Source: an uncultured Phycisphaera sp.
GTDB lineage: Bacteria; Planctomycetota; Phycisphaerae; UBA1845
Assembly (NCBI GenBank): GCA_964421865.1
Contig: CAYQZH010000003.1
Location: 1 to 50,523, forward strand
Reading direction: 5' to 3'
Length of the DNA stretch: 50,523 bases
Translations under genes and position numbers: made by a program
Part shown: piece by piece, positions 15,651 through 26,100 of the stretch
Layout: the number at the start of each line of letters is the position of its first letter
Numbering within the stretch: position 1 is the first letter of the stretch
Notes under the pieces: model-generated
The model's input: the letters and a program-made list of their open reading frames with translations, nothing else
Database searches by the model: none
What the model was told of the DNA's origin: nothing

Positions 15651-18416
15651 AACGGCAACGTGAACTTGGAGTTTCGGCTCTTTGATGCTTTGACCGACGG
15701 GACTCTCGTCGGACCCCTTGTGGCCAAGAACGGCGTCCCCGTCACCAATGGACTTTTCACCGTGGACCTGGACTTCGGCGTCGAACCCTTCACCGGCCAA
15801 GCGTTGTTTCTGGAAATCGCCGTGCGATTGAACACCGCCGGCGCCTTTACCACCCTCAGTCCGCGGCAGGCGTTAACGCCTACGCCCTATGCCATCCGGG
15901 CGTTGATCGACGAGACGTTCGGTCTGCCTTTCGCGGCCACCATCGACCGGCCCGAGGATGCCTTCTCCATCACCAACCTCGGCGGAAATGCGGTGGTCGG
16001 ATCGGTGGCCGACGCGGGGACCGCAGCGGTCCGAGGTACGAACACGGGTCAGGGTCAGGCGGGCGTGTTTCAGACGACGAACGGTCTCAGCGTTTTCCCC
16101 GCGCTCGAAGCGAGTACGAACGCCTCCGCGGCGGCCTTCCGGAGCGCCAATCTCGGGATCGGCCCAGCGGCGGTGGTTGAGATTGCCAACGCCGGTAACG
16201 GAAGTACGGCCCTGGTCGCGGGTACGAATGGGCTCGGGAGCGCAGCTTTTCTCCTGGCCACCAATGCCCAGAACCCCAATCCCGTGCTTCTCTCTCGCAC
16301 CGCCGGTCTCGGCGAGGGCGGCGTGTTCGACCTCACGAACGCAGGCAACGCGGCGCCCGCGTTGGTGGCCCAAACGAACGGAGTGGGGTCCGCCGGACTG
16401 TTCGCCGCGTTCAACGTCCTGAGCAACTCCCCGACGCTTTTCGCCGGCACAATCGGAACGGGCAGCGCCGCGGACCTCCGCACGGGCGCTGGGGCCGTCT
16501 TTCTCCCTGGGAATCCGACGGCCACCCTGTCGGCGCTGAACAGCAGGGACGTGAGTTCCGCCGCCAAGGTTGAGAACAGCAACATCGACAACTCTGACGA
16601 GGCCCTGCTCGTGAAAACGCTGGGTCGCGGGTCCGCGGCCGTTTTCATCATTGACAATCCCGATCCTGGGGCGAGTTCCGGCAACCCGTCGGACGCGCTG
16701 TTCGCGAAAACGAACGGCCTGGGCCGCGCGGGCTTCTTTGCCATAGACGTCAACCCCGGCCCAGCTTCGTCAATCAGCGGAGGCGGCCCCAACAACATCA
16801 GTCCCGCGCTGGAAGCCAGGACCGACGGCGACGGACCGGCGGGTCGGTTCTCGATCAGCAATCCCGACGGTCCATCAACGGCCAACGCACTGGAGGCCAC
16901 GACCGAGGGGCTGGGCGGCGCAGCCCGTTTCGAGGTCTTCACGATCAACAGCGAGGCTGCCGCATTGACCAGCGCGACCCGCAGTGCGGAAACAGGCCAG
17001 GCGGCATTCTTCACCTCCGCGTCGGCCGTGAACACCGGCACGACGGTGGAAGTGATTCACACCGGTCTGGGGACAGCGGGGAGTTTCCAGACGCCCAACC
17101 CAACCAACGGCAGTGCGACGTTGACCACGACGACGCGCGGGCTCGGGCGAGCGGCTTCGTTCACCATCGAGAACGCCGATCCGGACAACGTCGTCAATGC
17201 CGCTCCGACAATGGAAGCCCGAACCAAGGCGCTCGGTCCGGCTGGTCGATTCATCATTGACCTCCCCACTGGCGGAACGGGCCAGGGACCGGTGAACAAC
17301 TCGCCCGCGGTGCACGCGACCACCAACGCCTCCGGCAACGCGGCCAAGTTCGAGAGCACGAACAGCGATTTCGTCAATCCCACGCTCGAGGTCACCAGCC
17401 AGGGCAAGGGGACCGTGGGTCGATTTGTGAGCAATAACACCACGAGCGCGGCCGCTACGATCGTCGGCCAAACGCAGGGGCTGGGCTCCGTGGCCGACTT
17501 CACAAACTTCAACTCCAATAACCTCAGTGCGGTGCTGAATGTGAGCACCAACGCGGCGGGCAACGCGAGTGCGGCCAGCTTCCAGAACACCAATCCGGCC
17601 AACTCAGGCGACGTGGTGGCCGCCCTGGCGAACAACTCTCGGCACGCGCTCTTTGCCAGGCAAAGCGGACCGGGCGAAGCGGCTCACTTTGAGATCGCCG
17701 ATCCGGGAAACGGCAACAACGCGGTGTTCATCAAGAACAACGGCGTCGGCGTCGCCTTGAGCGTCGAGAACGGAAACCCCAACGTCGCCGCCCTGGCCCT
17801 CGCCGTCCGGGGCAAGTCGGCCTTCAACGGACAAGTGGACATCCTCAGCTCGACTGGCGGGCCCGTACCCGTAAATATCACTGGCAACGTGGGCATCACC
17901 GGCGAACTGTGCGCCACGTCCGTCTGCGCCGCGGTCAAGAACTTTCGCATCGACCATCCGCTCGACCCGGAGAACAAGTACCTCTATCACGCCAGCGTCG
18001 AGAGCTCGGAGATGAAGAACATGTACGACGGGACGGTGGTGCTCGACGAGAACGGGCGAGCGACGGTCGCGCTGCCGGCATGGTTCGAGGCTCTGAACGA
18101 GAGCTTTCGATACCAGTTGACGGCCGTCGGCCAACCAGCGCCGAATGTGCATATCGGGCGGGAAATCGGCGACGGTCAATTCCAAATCGCCGGCGGCCCA
18201 CCGCGATCGAAAGTCAGTTGGCAAGTGACCGGCGTCCGTAAGGACGTCTACGCCCGGGCTAATCCGCTCTGGGTCGAGGCGGAAAAACCCGCAACCGAGC
18301 GCGGCAAGTATCTTGTCCCGGAGGCGTATAGTGTTTCCAAGGAAAGGCCCGTTAACTATCGCCCCAACACCGAGCAACCGGCCCCCACAGCGGTGTCCGA
18401 GGCCATCCCGCGTTGA
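15525..18416 (+). CDS. large secreted repeat protein (tail-fibre/adhesin-like, beta-solenoid-type repeats)
   Basis: 963 aa. Signal peptide MRIRLVIGSLIALVAVAPSLG, then N-module TAFTYQGQLKQGGVPLNGNVNLEFRLFD. About 16-18 degenerate G/A/N/T-rich repeats (N..PAL.A.T.G.G.AG.F). Conserved C-terminal module FRIDHPLDPENKYLYHASVESSEMKNMYDG. Confidence 0.75.
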   Translation: MRIRLVIGSLIALVAVAPSLGETPLSTAFTYQGQLKQGGVPLNGNVNLEFRLFDALTDGTLVGPLVAKNGVPVTNGLFTVDLDFGVEPFTGQALFLEIAVRLNTAGAFTTLSPRQALTPTPYAIRALIDETFGLPFAATIDRPEDAFSITNLGGNAVVGSVADAGTAAVRGTNTGQGQAGVFQTTNGLSVFPALEASTNASAAAFRSANLGIGPAAVVEIANAGNGSTALVAGTNGLGSAAFLLATNAQNPNPVLLSRTAGLGEGGVFDLTNAGNAAPALVAQTNGVGSAGLFAAFNVLSNSPTLFAGTIGTGSAADLRTGAGAVFLPGNPTATLSALNSRDVSSAAKVENSNIDNSDEALLVKTLGRGSAAVFIIDNPDPGASSGNPSDALFAKTNGLGRAGFFAIDVNPGPASSISGGGPNNISPALEARTDGDGPAGRFSISNPDGPSTANALEATTEGLGGAARFEVFTINSEAAALTSATRSAETGQAAFFTSASAVNTGTTVEVIHTGLGTAGSFQTPNPTNGSATLTTTTRGLGRAASFTIENADPDNVVNAAPTMEARTKALGPAGRFIIDLPTGGTGQGPVNNSPAVHATTNASGNAAKFESTNSDFVNPTLEVTSQGKGTVGRFVSNNTTSAAATIVGQTQGLGSVADFTNFNSNNLSAVLNVSTNAAGNASAASFQNTNPANSGDVVAALANNSRHALFARQSGPGEAAHFEIADPGNGNNAVFIKNNGVGVALSVENGNPNVAALALAVRGKSAFNGQVDILSSTGGPVPVNITGNVGITGELCATSVCAAVKNFRIDHPLDPENKYLYHASVESSEMKNMYDGTVVLDENGRATVALPAWFEALNESFRYQLTAVGQPAPNVHIGREIGDGQFQIAGGPPRSKVSWQVTGVRKDVYARANPLWVEAEKPATERGKYLVPEAYSVSKERPVNYRPNTEQPAPTAVSEAIPR

Positions 18417-18472
18417 TGTGTTGATTTCGGTTCGAGCGTGAGTTTGAGAGGCGAGAAAAACATGGCTGCAAA

Positions 18473-18611
18473 CGGAGAGAAGAACATGCGCATTCGATTG
18501 GTTATCGGTTCCTTGATCGCACTCGCATCCGTCGCACCCTCGCTGGGTGAGACACCCTTGACTACGGCCTTTACGTATCACGGCCAACTCAAAGAGGGCG
18601 GCGTGCCGCTC
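18473..18611 (+). repeat. shared RBS plus leader module, copy 2
   Basis: See 15512..15650. Confidence 0.85.
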
Positions 18612-20180
18612 GAGGGCACGGCCGACTTCCAGTTCACGCTGTGGGACGACGCCGGGGGCGGCAATCCGCCCATTGGCGGAACGCAAGTCGGCGGTGTGCA
18701 GGCGATCAACGCCTTGCCCGTGACCGCGGGCCTGTTCACCGTCACGCTCAACGGCGGCGGCGAGTTCGGGGGCAATGCCTTCAACGGAAACGCCCGCTGG
18801 CTTCAGATCGCGGTGCGCAGTCCGGCGGGCGGCGGTGTCTTCACCACGCTTTCCCCGCGTCAGGCGCTGACGGCGACGCCTCACGCCCTGTTCGCCCTGA
18901 GCGCCGCCACGGCGACGAGCGCCACGACGGCCACGACCGCGACCAACGCGACAAACGCAACGAATGCGTCAAATGCCACGAACGCGGCACAACTCGGCGG
19001 TATCAATGCAAGTGAGTATGTCACAGCGACAAGTGGCGGCACAAGCTTCATTCGCAATCAGGCGACTCTCCAACCAACCTCAAACTTCAATATCAGCGGC
19101 AACGGCTTTATCGGAGGCAACGTCGGCATTGGAACAGGAACTCCCGCTACCAAGCTTGATGTCAGAGGCAATCTGACCCTTGAAAACGGAGGCAGTCCGG
19201 GGCTTTTTACGGCGGCCAGCGGCGGCGAACAGAACAGGTATCTGACACTTCTCAACTCTCCCACGACTCAAACGGCTTCGGGTCTTAAAGCGGGCGGCGT
19301 TTTGGTTTCCGACGATTTTGGGTTTGCCAATCCGGGAAAGAACGATTTGATCGTTAAAGGGAATGTCGGCATCGGTACGGCTGCGCCGCAAACAAAATTA
19401 TCTGTTCTAACCACCGGCAACGGAATTACGCAGACAAACGGGACCGTGTCAGTCGGCTCGTATCTCAACACCAACCACGGCGCATTCGGCACGCAAACGG
19501 ATCATCCACTTTTCTTTTTCACCGGCAACCGGCCCGCGCAAATGACACTCGATACAAGCGGGCGATTTGGAATCGGCACTGCCACGCCGGCGGCGCTGTT
19601 GACGGTCTCTGGCTCGGGTATCTTCAGTGCTACTAGCGCGGCACGGTTCGATTTGTTCAATACGGTTGCGAATAAGGGATTCTTGCAAAACGTAACGGAC
19701 ACGGGCTTATGGCAAATCGCGACAACAGCCGGAGCGACCACGATGGTCATCAACCCGTCCGGAAATGTTGGCATCGGCACAATTGCCCCTAACGCACAAT
19801 TGCAAATCGCCGGAACAGGCACGAATGGTTTTACTCTTGGAGTCGAAGGAAACGTTACTCAAAACCTCGCTAGCGGCGGTTTTGCGAAGGCTATGGTTGT
19901 GGTTAATGCGAACGGGACGATTGCGCGGTGCTACAACGGAATTACCGGCGCGTCGACTGGAAACTGCGGATTCACGGGTATTCGGCTCGACACGGGATAC
20001 TACGTCGTAAATTTCGGTTTTCAGGTAAGCGACCGCTTTGCCGCTGTTACGTCTCAAGCTGACGCGTCAATGGTTTACGGCCCTGACATACTGGGCCGAA
20101 TCCTGGAGGAGATCGCAGTATATACCTATGCCCCTGCCGGCAATTCGTTTGATGCTGAGTTTACAATCATCGTGTATTGA
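18486..20180 (+). CDS. secreted tail-fibre-like protein
   Basis: Start at MRIRLVIGSLIALASVAPSLG (ATG 18486). (T/N-A)n collar ATATSATTATTATNATNATNASNATNAAQLGG and repeated GNVGIGT..P..KL units, as in phage-tail-fibre-like proteins. The distal half is AT-richer. Confidence 0.75.
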   Translation: MRIRLVIGSLIALASVAPSLGETPLTTAFTYHGQLKEGGVPLEGTADFQFTLWDDAGGGNPPIGGTQVGGVQAINALPVTAGLFTVTLNGGGEFGGNAFNGNARWLQIAVRSPAGGGVFTTLSPRQALTATPHALFALSAATATSATTATTATNATNATNASNATNAAQLGGINASEYVTATSGGTSFIRNQATLQPTSNFNISGNGFIGGNVGIGTGTPATKLDVRGNLTLENGGSPGLFTAASGGEQNRYLTLLNSPTTQTASGLKAGGVLVSDDFGFANPGKNDLIVKGNVGIGTAAPQTKLSVLTTGNGITQTNGTVSVGSYLNTNHGAFGTQTDHPLFFFTGNRPAQMTLDTSGRFGIGTATPAALLTVSGSGIFSATSAARFDLFNTVANKGFLQNVTDTGLWQIATTAGATTMVINPSGNVGIGTIAPNAQLQIAGTGTNGFTLGVEGNVTQNLASGGFAKAMVVVNANGTIARCYNGITGASTGNCGFTGIRLDTGYYVVNFGFQVSDRFAAVTSQADASMVYGPDILGRILEEIAVYTYAPAGNSFDAEFTIIVY

Positions 20181-20226
20181 TATTTGATATCGATCTTGTC
20201 GCCAAGCCTATGCCGCAGCTCGTCTT

Positions 20227-20720
20227 TTATTCGCGGCCGAGCAGGTTGATTACAAGATCGCGGTGATTGTCGACGGCAGTTTCCAGATCTTTCTTCAGAA
20301 CAAATTCGTCCTTCGTGTGAGCGACCAGGATCGAGCCGGGACCAAGTAGCAGCGGCTGGCCCCAGTTCGGCAGGTGCGGAATGTCGGTCGTGAACCGCAC
20401 GACCTTTTGCTTAAGTCCGTCGACCGCGAGCATTCTCACCGGCAGGCTGTATGACAATACTTCCAGTTCGCCGCGCCCGAGGGCAAAGTCTCCTGGCGCA
20501 TCGAGGCCGTGCGTAACGACCGCTGGGTCCAGCAGCGCGGCGCGCCGGTCGAGGTTGAGAAGCAGGGCCTCGAAAAGGGCACCTACCAGCACCCCGAACT
20601 CTACGGCCTGTCAGCGGAGATGGGCATGAACTACGCCGCCGAGCGAGGCCTCCATTTTCGCCCGGAGGACGAGCGCACGCCGTCCCGTACTCTCGGCGAG
20701 GCGCCGGCACCTTGAGAACG
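20227..20720 (-). pseudogene. 3' fragment of an ArgE/DapE-type M20 deacylase gene
   Basis: The C-terminal segment VVRFTTDIPHLPNWGQPLLLGPGSILVAHTKDEFVLKKDL matches the ArgE C-terminus (GPGSI.QAH.PDE). Only ~120-160 codons remain, there is an in-frame TGA at 20611..20613, and the N-terminal catalytic domain is absent. Confidence 0.6.
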
Positions 20721-20771
20721 CCGGCCGCGCTGGACCCCGGTTTGACCGGCCTCAGGCGGTGTTGATCCCTC

Positions 20772-20800
20772 TTGATTGTAAGGCCGATAGCAGCTATAGA
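20772..20800 (+). promoter_or_regulatory. sigma70-like promoter candidate for the efflux operon
   Basis: TTGATT (20772-20777), 17-nt spacer, TATAGA (20795-20800), followed by SD AGGAGTGG and the ATG at 20813. Confidence 0.4.
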
Positions 20801-20812
20801 TTAGGAGTGGTT

Positions 20813-21223
20813 ATGCGCTCCCCAGTTGTAGCCTTACTCGCCTTGGGCAGCTTGTTGTCCTGCCAAATCCTATGCCCTTACGGCAAAGGAAGCCGGCGGG
20901 CGGACTCCTCGAAGACCAACGAGGCGCGGCTCACGGAGCTTTCGGATGACGATCCTTTCCGCGATCCGATCCTTCGAGGCTCAGGACAAGCGCCGAGGCC
21001 TGCGGACCCATGTCAGGAGTCGAACTGCGGCTATTTCTGCTGTTGCAGCGGCGCCGTATTGACGCAGTCGCTACCGCTGGAGCACTTGACCCTTACCGCG
21101 ATTCTACCGCTTCCGTGGTTCCTCCCCGGCGGCGAGGTTGAGCCGACCCACGCCGTCGCTGGTCCGGTTCCGGATTTACTCCCCCCCGAACCCTCCCAGG
21201 GCACAATCGTCCTTCTGATCTGA
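20813..21223 (+). CDS. small Cys-rich putative lipoprotein upstream of the metal efflux genes
   Basis: ATG at 20813 after AGGAGTGG. Signal plus lipobox MRSPVVALLALGSLLSC. Cys cluster CQESNCGYFCCCSG. No recognisable family. Confidence 0.45.
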   Translation: MRSPVVALLALGSLLSCQILCPYGKGSRRADSSKTNEARLTELSDDDPFRDPILRGSGQAPRPADPCQESNCGYFCCCSGAVLTQSLPLEHLTLTAILPLPWFLPGGEVEPTHAVAGPVPDLLPPEPSQGTIVLLI

Positions 21224-21380
21224 TCGCCGGGCGCCGCCTTCTTTCTGCGGCGTGTGATCCGTCCTTGCGCATCAAACCAAGGTTCTACTTTTTCACGCGG
21301 CGCGTTTCGGCGCGCTGACGTACGTGGCCACGCGATAACCGGTGTCCACGTGAATCTCTCTGTCAAGTGAGAGGCCGACC

Positions 21381-23105
21381 ATGACGAACGGTTTTCCCAC
21401 GCACAACGAACCGTCAGGTTCGAGCAGCGTTGTACCTGCGCACCAACACGGACGCGGCGCCTTCGCTGCGTTGGCGGCAGGCGTGACACGTTCCCTGCCT
21501 ACTTTTCTCGTTCTCGTGTGCCTTTCGGCCCTGGGCTACTGGGGCCACCACTCGGGATGGAAGGCACCGAAGTTTTCCGATCTGTTCGGCGCGCGGGTCG
21601 TGCAGGAGGAGGAAGATTGGTGCGTTGAACACGGTGTGCCGGACTCAAAGTGCATCAAATGTCACCCGGAACTCGCGGGCGAGAGCGGTGCCGACTGGTG
21701 CAAGGAGCACGGCGTCCCGGAATCGAGATGCACGATCTGTCACCCGGGGATTTTGACCAAAGGCGTCGCCGGCGATTGGTGCAGGGAGCACGGCGTTCCC
21801 GAGTCCAACTGCACCCTATGCCATCCGGAAATCGCCGTCAAGGGATCGCCTCAGAAGGGGACGCCTGATGTTTCCGTGGTGGTCGCGCAAGACGACACGG
21901 CGCTGAAGACATCGCCGGGTTCCGTCCGCGCAGGGCGGCCCGCAAAGGACCCGTCGACTTGTCAGACACACGCCATGCGCGTGCAATTCGCTTCGGCGGC
22001 CAGCGTCGAGAAGGCGGGAGTCAAGTTGGGAAGCGTCGTCGAACGACCGATGGCGGACACGCTGACCGCGAACGCCGAGATCGACTACGACCGCACACGG
22101 TTGGCCCAGGTATCCAGCCGTGCGTCCGGCGTCGCGTGGTGGGTGGGTAAAGAAGTCGGCGATCGCGTGAGTCGGGGTGAGGTGCTCGCGCTGGTGGATT
22201 CCGCGGACATCGGACGCGCCAAGGCGGAGCTTCTACAGGCCGCCGCGCAGCGGCAGGTCCGGGCGCAGACCCTGGAGCGGACGCGAAGTTTGAGCCTAGA
22301 CAATATCGGCTCGCAGGCGAATTTGCAGGAAAAAGAGGCGGCGTTTCGCGAGGCGGAAATTCGTTTGTTTATCGCACGCCAGACGCTGATCAATCTGGGC
22401 TTCATGCTGTCTCCGGACGGCCCGTCGGACATCCCCAACGAACGGGAGTTACTGCTTCTGGGAGTGCCGCAGAGCATCCGCGAAAATCTTGACGCCTCCA
22501 ATACCACGGCCAATCTGCTTCCCATCACGGCGCCCTTGGATGGCGTGGTGACCACTCGGAACATCGTCGCCGGCGAAGTCGTCGAGACCTCCAAGCCCTT
22601 GTTCGTCGTTGCCGACACCAGCCGCATGTGGGTGATGATCGATGTTCCCCAGTCGCTCGCGAATCGAGTGGCACTCGGACAGCGCGTTCGTTTCCGCGCC
22701 GAACCCAAGTCGGACAACGCGGTCTTAGGCACGATCGCCTGGATCAGCACGGCCGTCGATGAACAGACCCGCACGGTCAAGGTTCGCGCGGACATGGACA
22801 ACGCGGAGGGACGGCTGCTTGCCGGAATGTTCGGCCAGGCCGCGATCACGATTCGCGAATCACCGACCGCAATCGCCGTCCCGGATGAGGCCGTCCAGTG
22901 GGAGGGTTGCTGCCACGTCGTCTTTGTGCGGCTCACGGACGAGATATTTCAGCCGCGAAAGATCAAAGCGGGGGCGCGCAGCGGCGGCTTCACCGAGGTT
23001 CTCGTCGGCGTACTTCCCGGCGAAGTCGTCGCCACGACCGGAAGCCACGTCCTGAAGTCGGAAATCCTCAAGAGCAATTTGGGGGCCGGCTGCGCAGACC
23101 ACTAA
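21381..23105 (+). CDS. efflux RND periplasmic adaptor (HlyD/CzcB/CusB family) with triplicated N-terminal Cys/His motif
   Basis: 574 aa with an N-terminal TM segment. Three tandem DWC.EHGVP(D/E)S.C..CHP(E/G)(I/L) repeats (nt ~21615-21830). Typical MFP barrel-sandwich/coiled-coil body (...GEVLALVDSADIGRAKAEL...). Confidence 0.85.
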   Translation: MTNGFPTHNEPSGSSSVVPAHQHGRGAFAALAAGVTRSLPTFLVLVCLSALGYWGHHSGWKAPKFSDLFGARVVQEEEDWCVEHGVPDSKCIKCHPELAGESGADWCKEHGVPESRCTICHPGILTKGVAGDWCREHGVPESNCTLCHPEIAVKGSPQKGTPDVSVVVAQDDTALKTSPGSVRAGRPAKDPSTCQTHAMRVQFASAASVEKAGVKLGSVVERPMADTLTANAEIDYDRTRLAQVSSRASGVAWWVGKEVGDRVSRGEVLALVDSADIGRAKAELLQAAAQRQVRAQTLERTRSLSLDNIGSQANLQEKEAAFREAEIRLFIARQTLINLGFMLSPDGPSDIPNERELLLLGVPQSIRENLDASNTTANLLPITAPLDGVVTTRNIVAGEVVETSKPLFVVADTSRMWVMIDVPQSLANRVALGQRVRFRAEPKSDNAVLGTIAWISTAVDEQTRTVKVRADMDNAEGRLLAGMFGQAAITIRESPTAIAVPDEAVQWEGCCHVVFVRLTDEIFQPRKIKAGARSGGFTEVLVGVLPGEVVATTGSHVLKSEILKSNLGAGCADH

Positions 23106-23119
23106 CCTGGAGCGATCGT

Positions 23120-26100
23120 ATGTTTCTGAACTGGATCATCCACTGGTCGCTGGCTCGCCGCGGGCTCGTGATGGGATCCTTTGCGGCCTTGGTCGTGCTC
23201 GGGCTGATCGCCGCGCGCTACCTGAATATCGATGCCTTCCCGGACACGACGCCCGTGCAGGTGCAGATCAATACGGTGGCGCCGGCGTTAAGCCCTGAGG
23301 AGGTCGAGCGACAGATCACCATGCCGATCGAACAGGCCATTAGCGGCCTGCCCGACCTGGTCAACGTCCGCTCGATCTCCAAGTTCGGTCTGTCGCAAGT
23401 GGTGGTCAACTTCGAGGACCGCGTCGAAATCTATTTCGCGCGGCGGCTGGTCAGCGAGCGGCTCGGGACCGTGGCGCTACCGTCGGGAATTGAGCGGCCG
23501 GAAATGGGGCCGGTGGCGACCGGCTTGGGAGAAGTCCTTCACTACATCGTGACCTCCGACGCGCGGGACCTCACTGAGCTGCGAACGATCCAGGACTGGA
23601 CCATTAAGCCCGCGCTTCGGACCGTTTCCGGAGTGGCCGAGATCAACAGTTGGGGTGGTTTCGAGAAGCAATACCAGGTACGCATCGACCCGACACGGCT
23701 GATCAAGTTCGGGCTCTTGTACGACGAAGTGATCGAAGCCGTCGAATCCAACAACCTCAACGCCGGCGGCGGCAACGTCTCCGCGGGCGGCGGCATGCAG
23801 CTCGTCCAAGGCATTGGCCGCGTAGCGAACCTCGACCAGATCGGCGACATCGTGATCAAAGCGAAAGACGGCGTCCCCGTGCACGTGCAGGACGTGGCCG
23901 ACCTTGAAATCGGCGCGGAAATCCGCCGCGGCGCCGTGAGCTACGGCGGCAAGGGCGAGGCCGTACTCGGCTTGGGGTTCATGTTGATCGGTCAGAATGC
24001 ACACGAAGTCACCTCGCGACTGAAAGCGAAGTTGGAGGAGATTAAAGGGAACCTTCCCTCCGACGTGCGGGTGGAAACCGTCTATGATCGCACGGAGCTT
24101 GTCGACCACGTAATCGACACGGTCCGCAACAACCTGTTCGAAGGCGGGCTGCTCGTCATCGCAACGTTGTTCATGTTTCTCGGCAACCTACGGGCCGGCC
24201 TCATCGTCGCCCTGGCCATTCCGCTCTCGATGCTGTGTGCCTTTTCGGGAATGCTCCAGTTTGCGATCGCCGGAAGCCTGATGAGCTTGGGCGCGATTGA
24301 CTTCGGCCTCGTCGTGGACAGCGCCGTGATCCAGATCGAAAACGCCACGCGGCACATCGCTCATGACCGCCGCCAACGCAACCTCATTGACGTAGTTCGA
24401 GATGCGGTCATTGAAGTTCGCAAGCCGACCATGTTCGGCGAGTTGATCATCATGCTGGTCTACGTTCCGATCCTTACGCTGGAAGGCGTTGAAGGCAAGC
24501 TCTTTCGGCCGATGGCGCTGACGGTCATTTTCGCGCTTGCGGGTTCCTTGATCCTGTCGGTCACGCTCATTCCCGTTCTTGCCAGCCTGATGCTTCCACG
24601 GCGGATGGAAGAGCGCGACCCGCTGCTCGTTCGTCTCTGTGCGTGGCTCTATCGCCCGGTACTCCGCGCGGTCATGCGGAACAACGTCGCCATGATCGCC
24701 TTCGCCGTCTGCGCGCTCCTCGCCGCGGTCATCATCGCGCGGGGCTTAGGCTCGGAGTTCATTCCACGGCTCTCCGAAGAAGCGATCGTAATCAACGTGG
24801 TGCGTATTGCCGGCACAGACCTGAGCGAGTCCGTGCGCTACAACACGCAAATAGAGCGGGCCATCCTCACCGCCTTTCCAGACGAGGTGCGTCACGTGTG
24901 GAGCCGCGTGGGCACCGCCGAGGTAGCAACCGACCCCATGGGGGTCGAGCTTTCGGACATCTTCATTTCGCTTCAGCCTCGATCGGGTTGGAAAAAGGCC
25001 TCAACCCAGGCGGAACTCATGGCCCTCGTTCAAAAAGAGCTTCGCGACATGCCGGGGCAGCGCTTCGCGATGAGCCAACCGATCGAAATGCGGATAGACG
25101 AGATGATCGCGGGCGTACGCGGTGACGTGGCCATGAAGCTCTACGGTGATGATTTTGACGTGCTGGTTCGGAAGGCACAAGAGATCGGAACCATTCTAGG
25201 GTCGATCCCAGGGGCGGCCGACCTGAGTACGGAGCAGTTGACCGGTCAACCCGTGTTGCAGATACGTGTCGACCAGGAAGCCCTGGCGCGTTACGGCGTC
25301 CCCGCGAAGGCGGTCATGCAGCTTGTGGAGTCCATGGGGACCAAGAATCTGGGCGACGTGGTCGAGGGTCAGCTTCGTTTTCCGCTGGTGGCGCGGCTTC
25401 CCGATTCGGCCAGGCAAGACGCGGAAGCGATCGGTCGGATTCAGCTTTCGACGCCGGCCGGGCAACGTATCCCGCTCTCCAGCCTCGCACACATCGCAGA
25501 AGTAGAGGGACCGTCCACCATTTCGCACGAATGGGGACAGCGGCGGACCACGGTGCAAGTGAACGTGCGCGGGCGCGATGTGGGGAGCTATGTGGCCGAG
25601 GCACAGCGCAAAATCGCGGCGGGCGTTTCGCTGCCTTCCGGCCGCTACCGCATCGAATGGGGCGGGCAGTTTGAGCACTACGAACGCGCTCGGAATCGCC
25701 TCATCATCGTGGTCCCACTTGTGCTCGCCATGATCTTTGCCCTGCTTTACGTCACCTACAGGTCCGTGGCCGATGCGTTGCGAGTGTACGTCGGCGTACC
25801 GTTTGCCATCGTTGGTGGAGTCCTCTCGCTGTGGGTGCGCGACATGCCCTTCTCGATCTCGGCCGGCGTCGGGTTTATCGCCTTGTCCGGCGTCGCCGTA
25901 CTGGGCGAGATGGTCCTCGTCTCCTATGTCCGCCAGCTTTTGGCGCGTGGGCTGGCGCTGCGCGAGGCGATTGAGAACGCCGCCGTGACTCGCTTGCGCC
26001 CCGTTTTGATGACAGCGCTGGTTGCATCACTGGGCTTTCTGCCCATGGCCCTGAGCACGGGCGTCGGCGCCGAGGTGCAGCGCCCGCTGGCGACCGTCGT

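Noticed and set aside
16070-18884. Long minus-strand ORFs 16070..17041 and 17604..18884
   Set aside because: They are antisense to the two fibre/adhesin-like genes and run across the intergenic gap between them. Their composition is dominated by A/R/P/G and there are no motifs.
18486-20180. Diversity-generating retroelement targeting the fibre-like gene
   Set aside because: The window contains no reverse transcriptase gene and no template repeat matching the 3' end. The C-terminus has no C-type-lectin-like variable-region pattern.
20611-20613. In-frame TGA in the ArgE-like fragment as a second selenocysteine codon
   Set aside because: There is no redox-motif context and no hairpin downstream. 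The gene also lacks its entire N-terminal catalytic domain, so it is a decaying relic.
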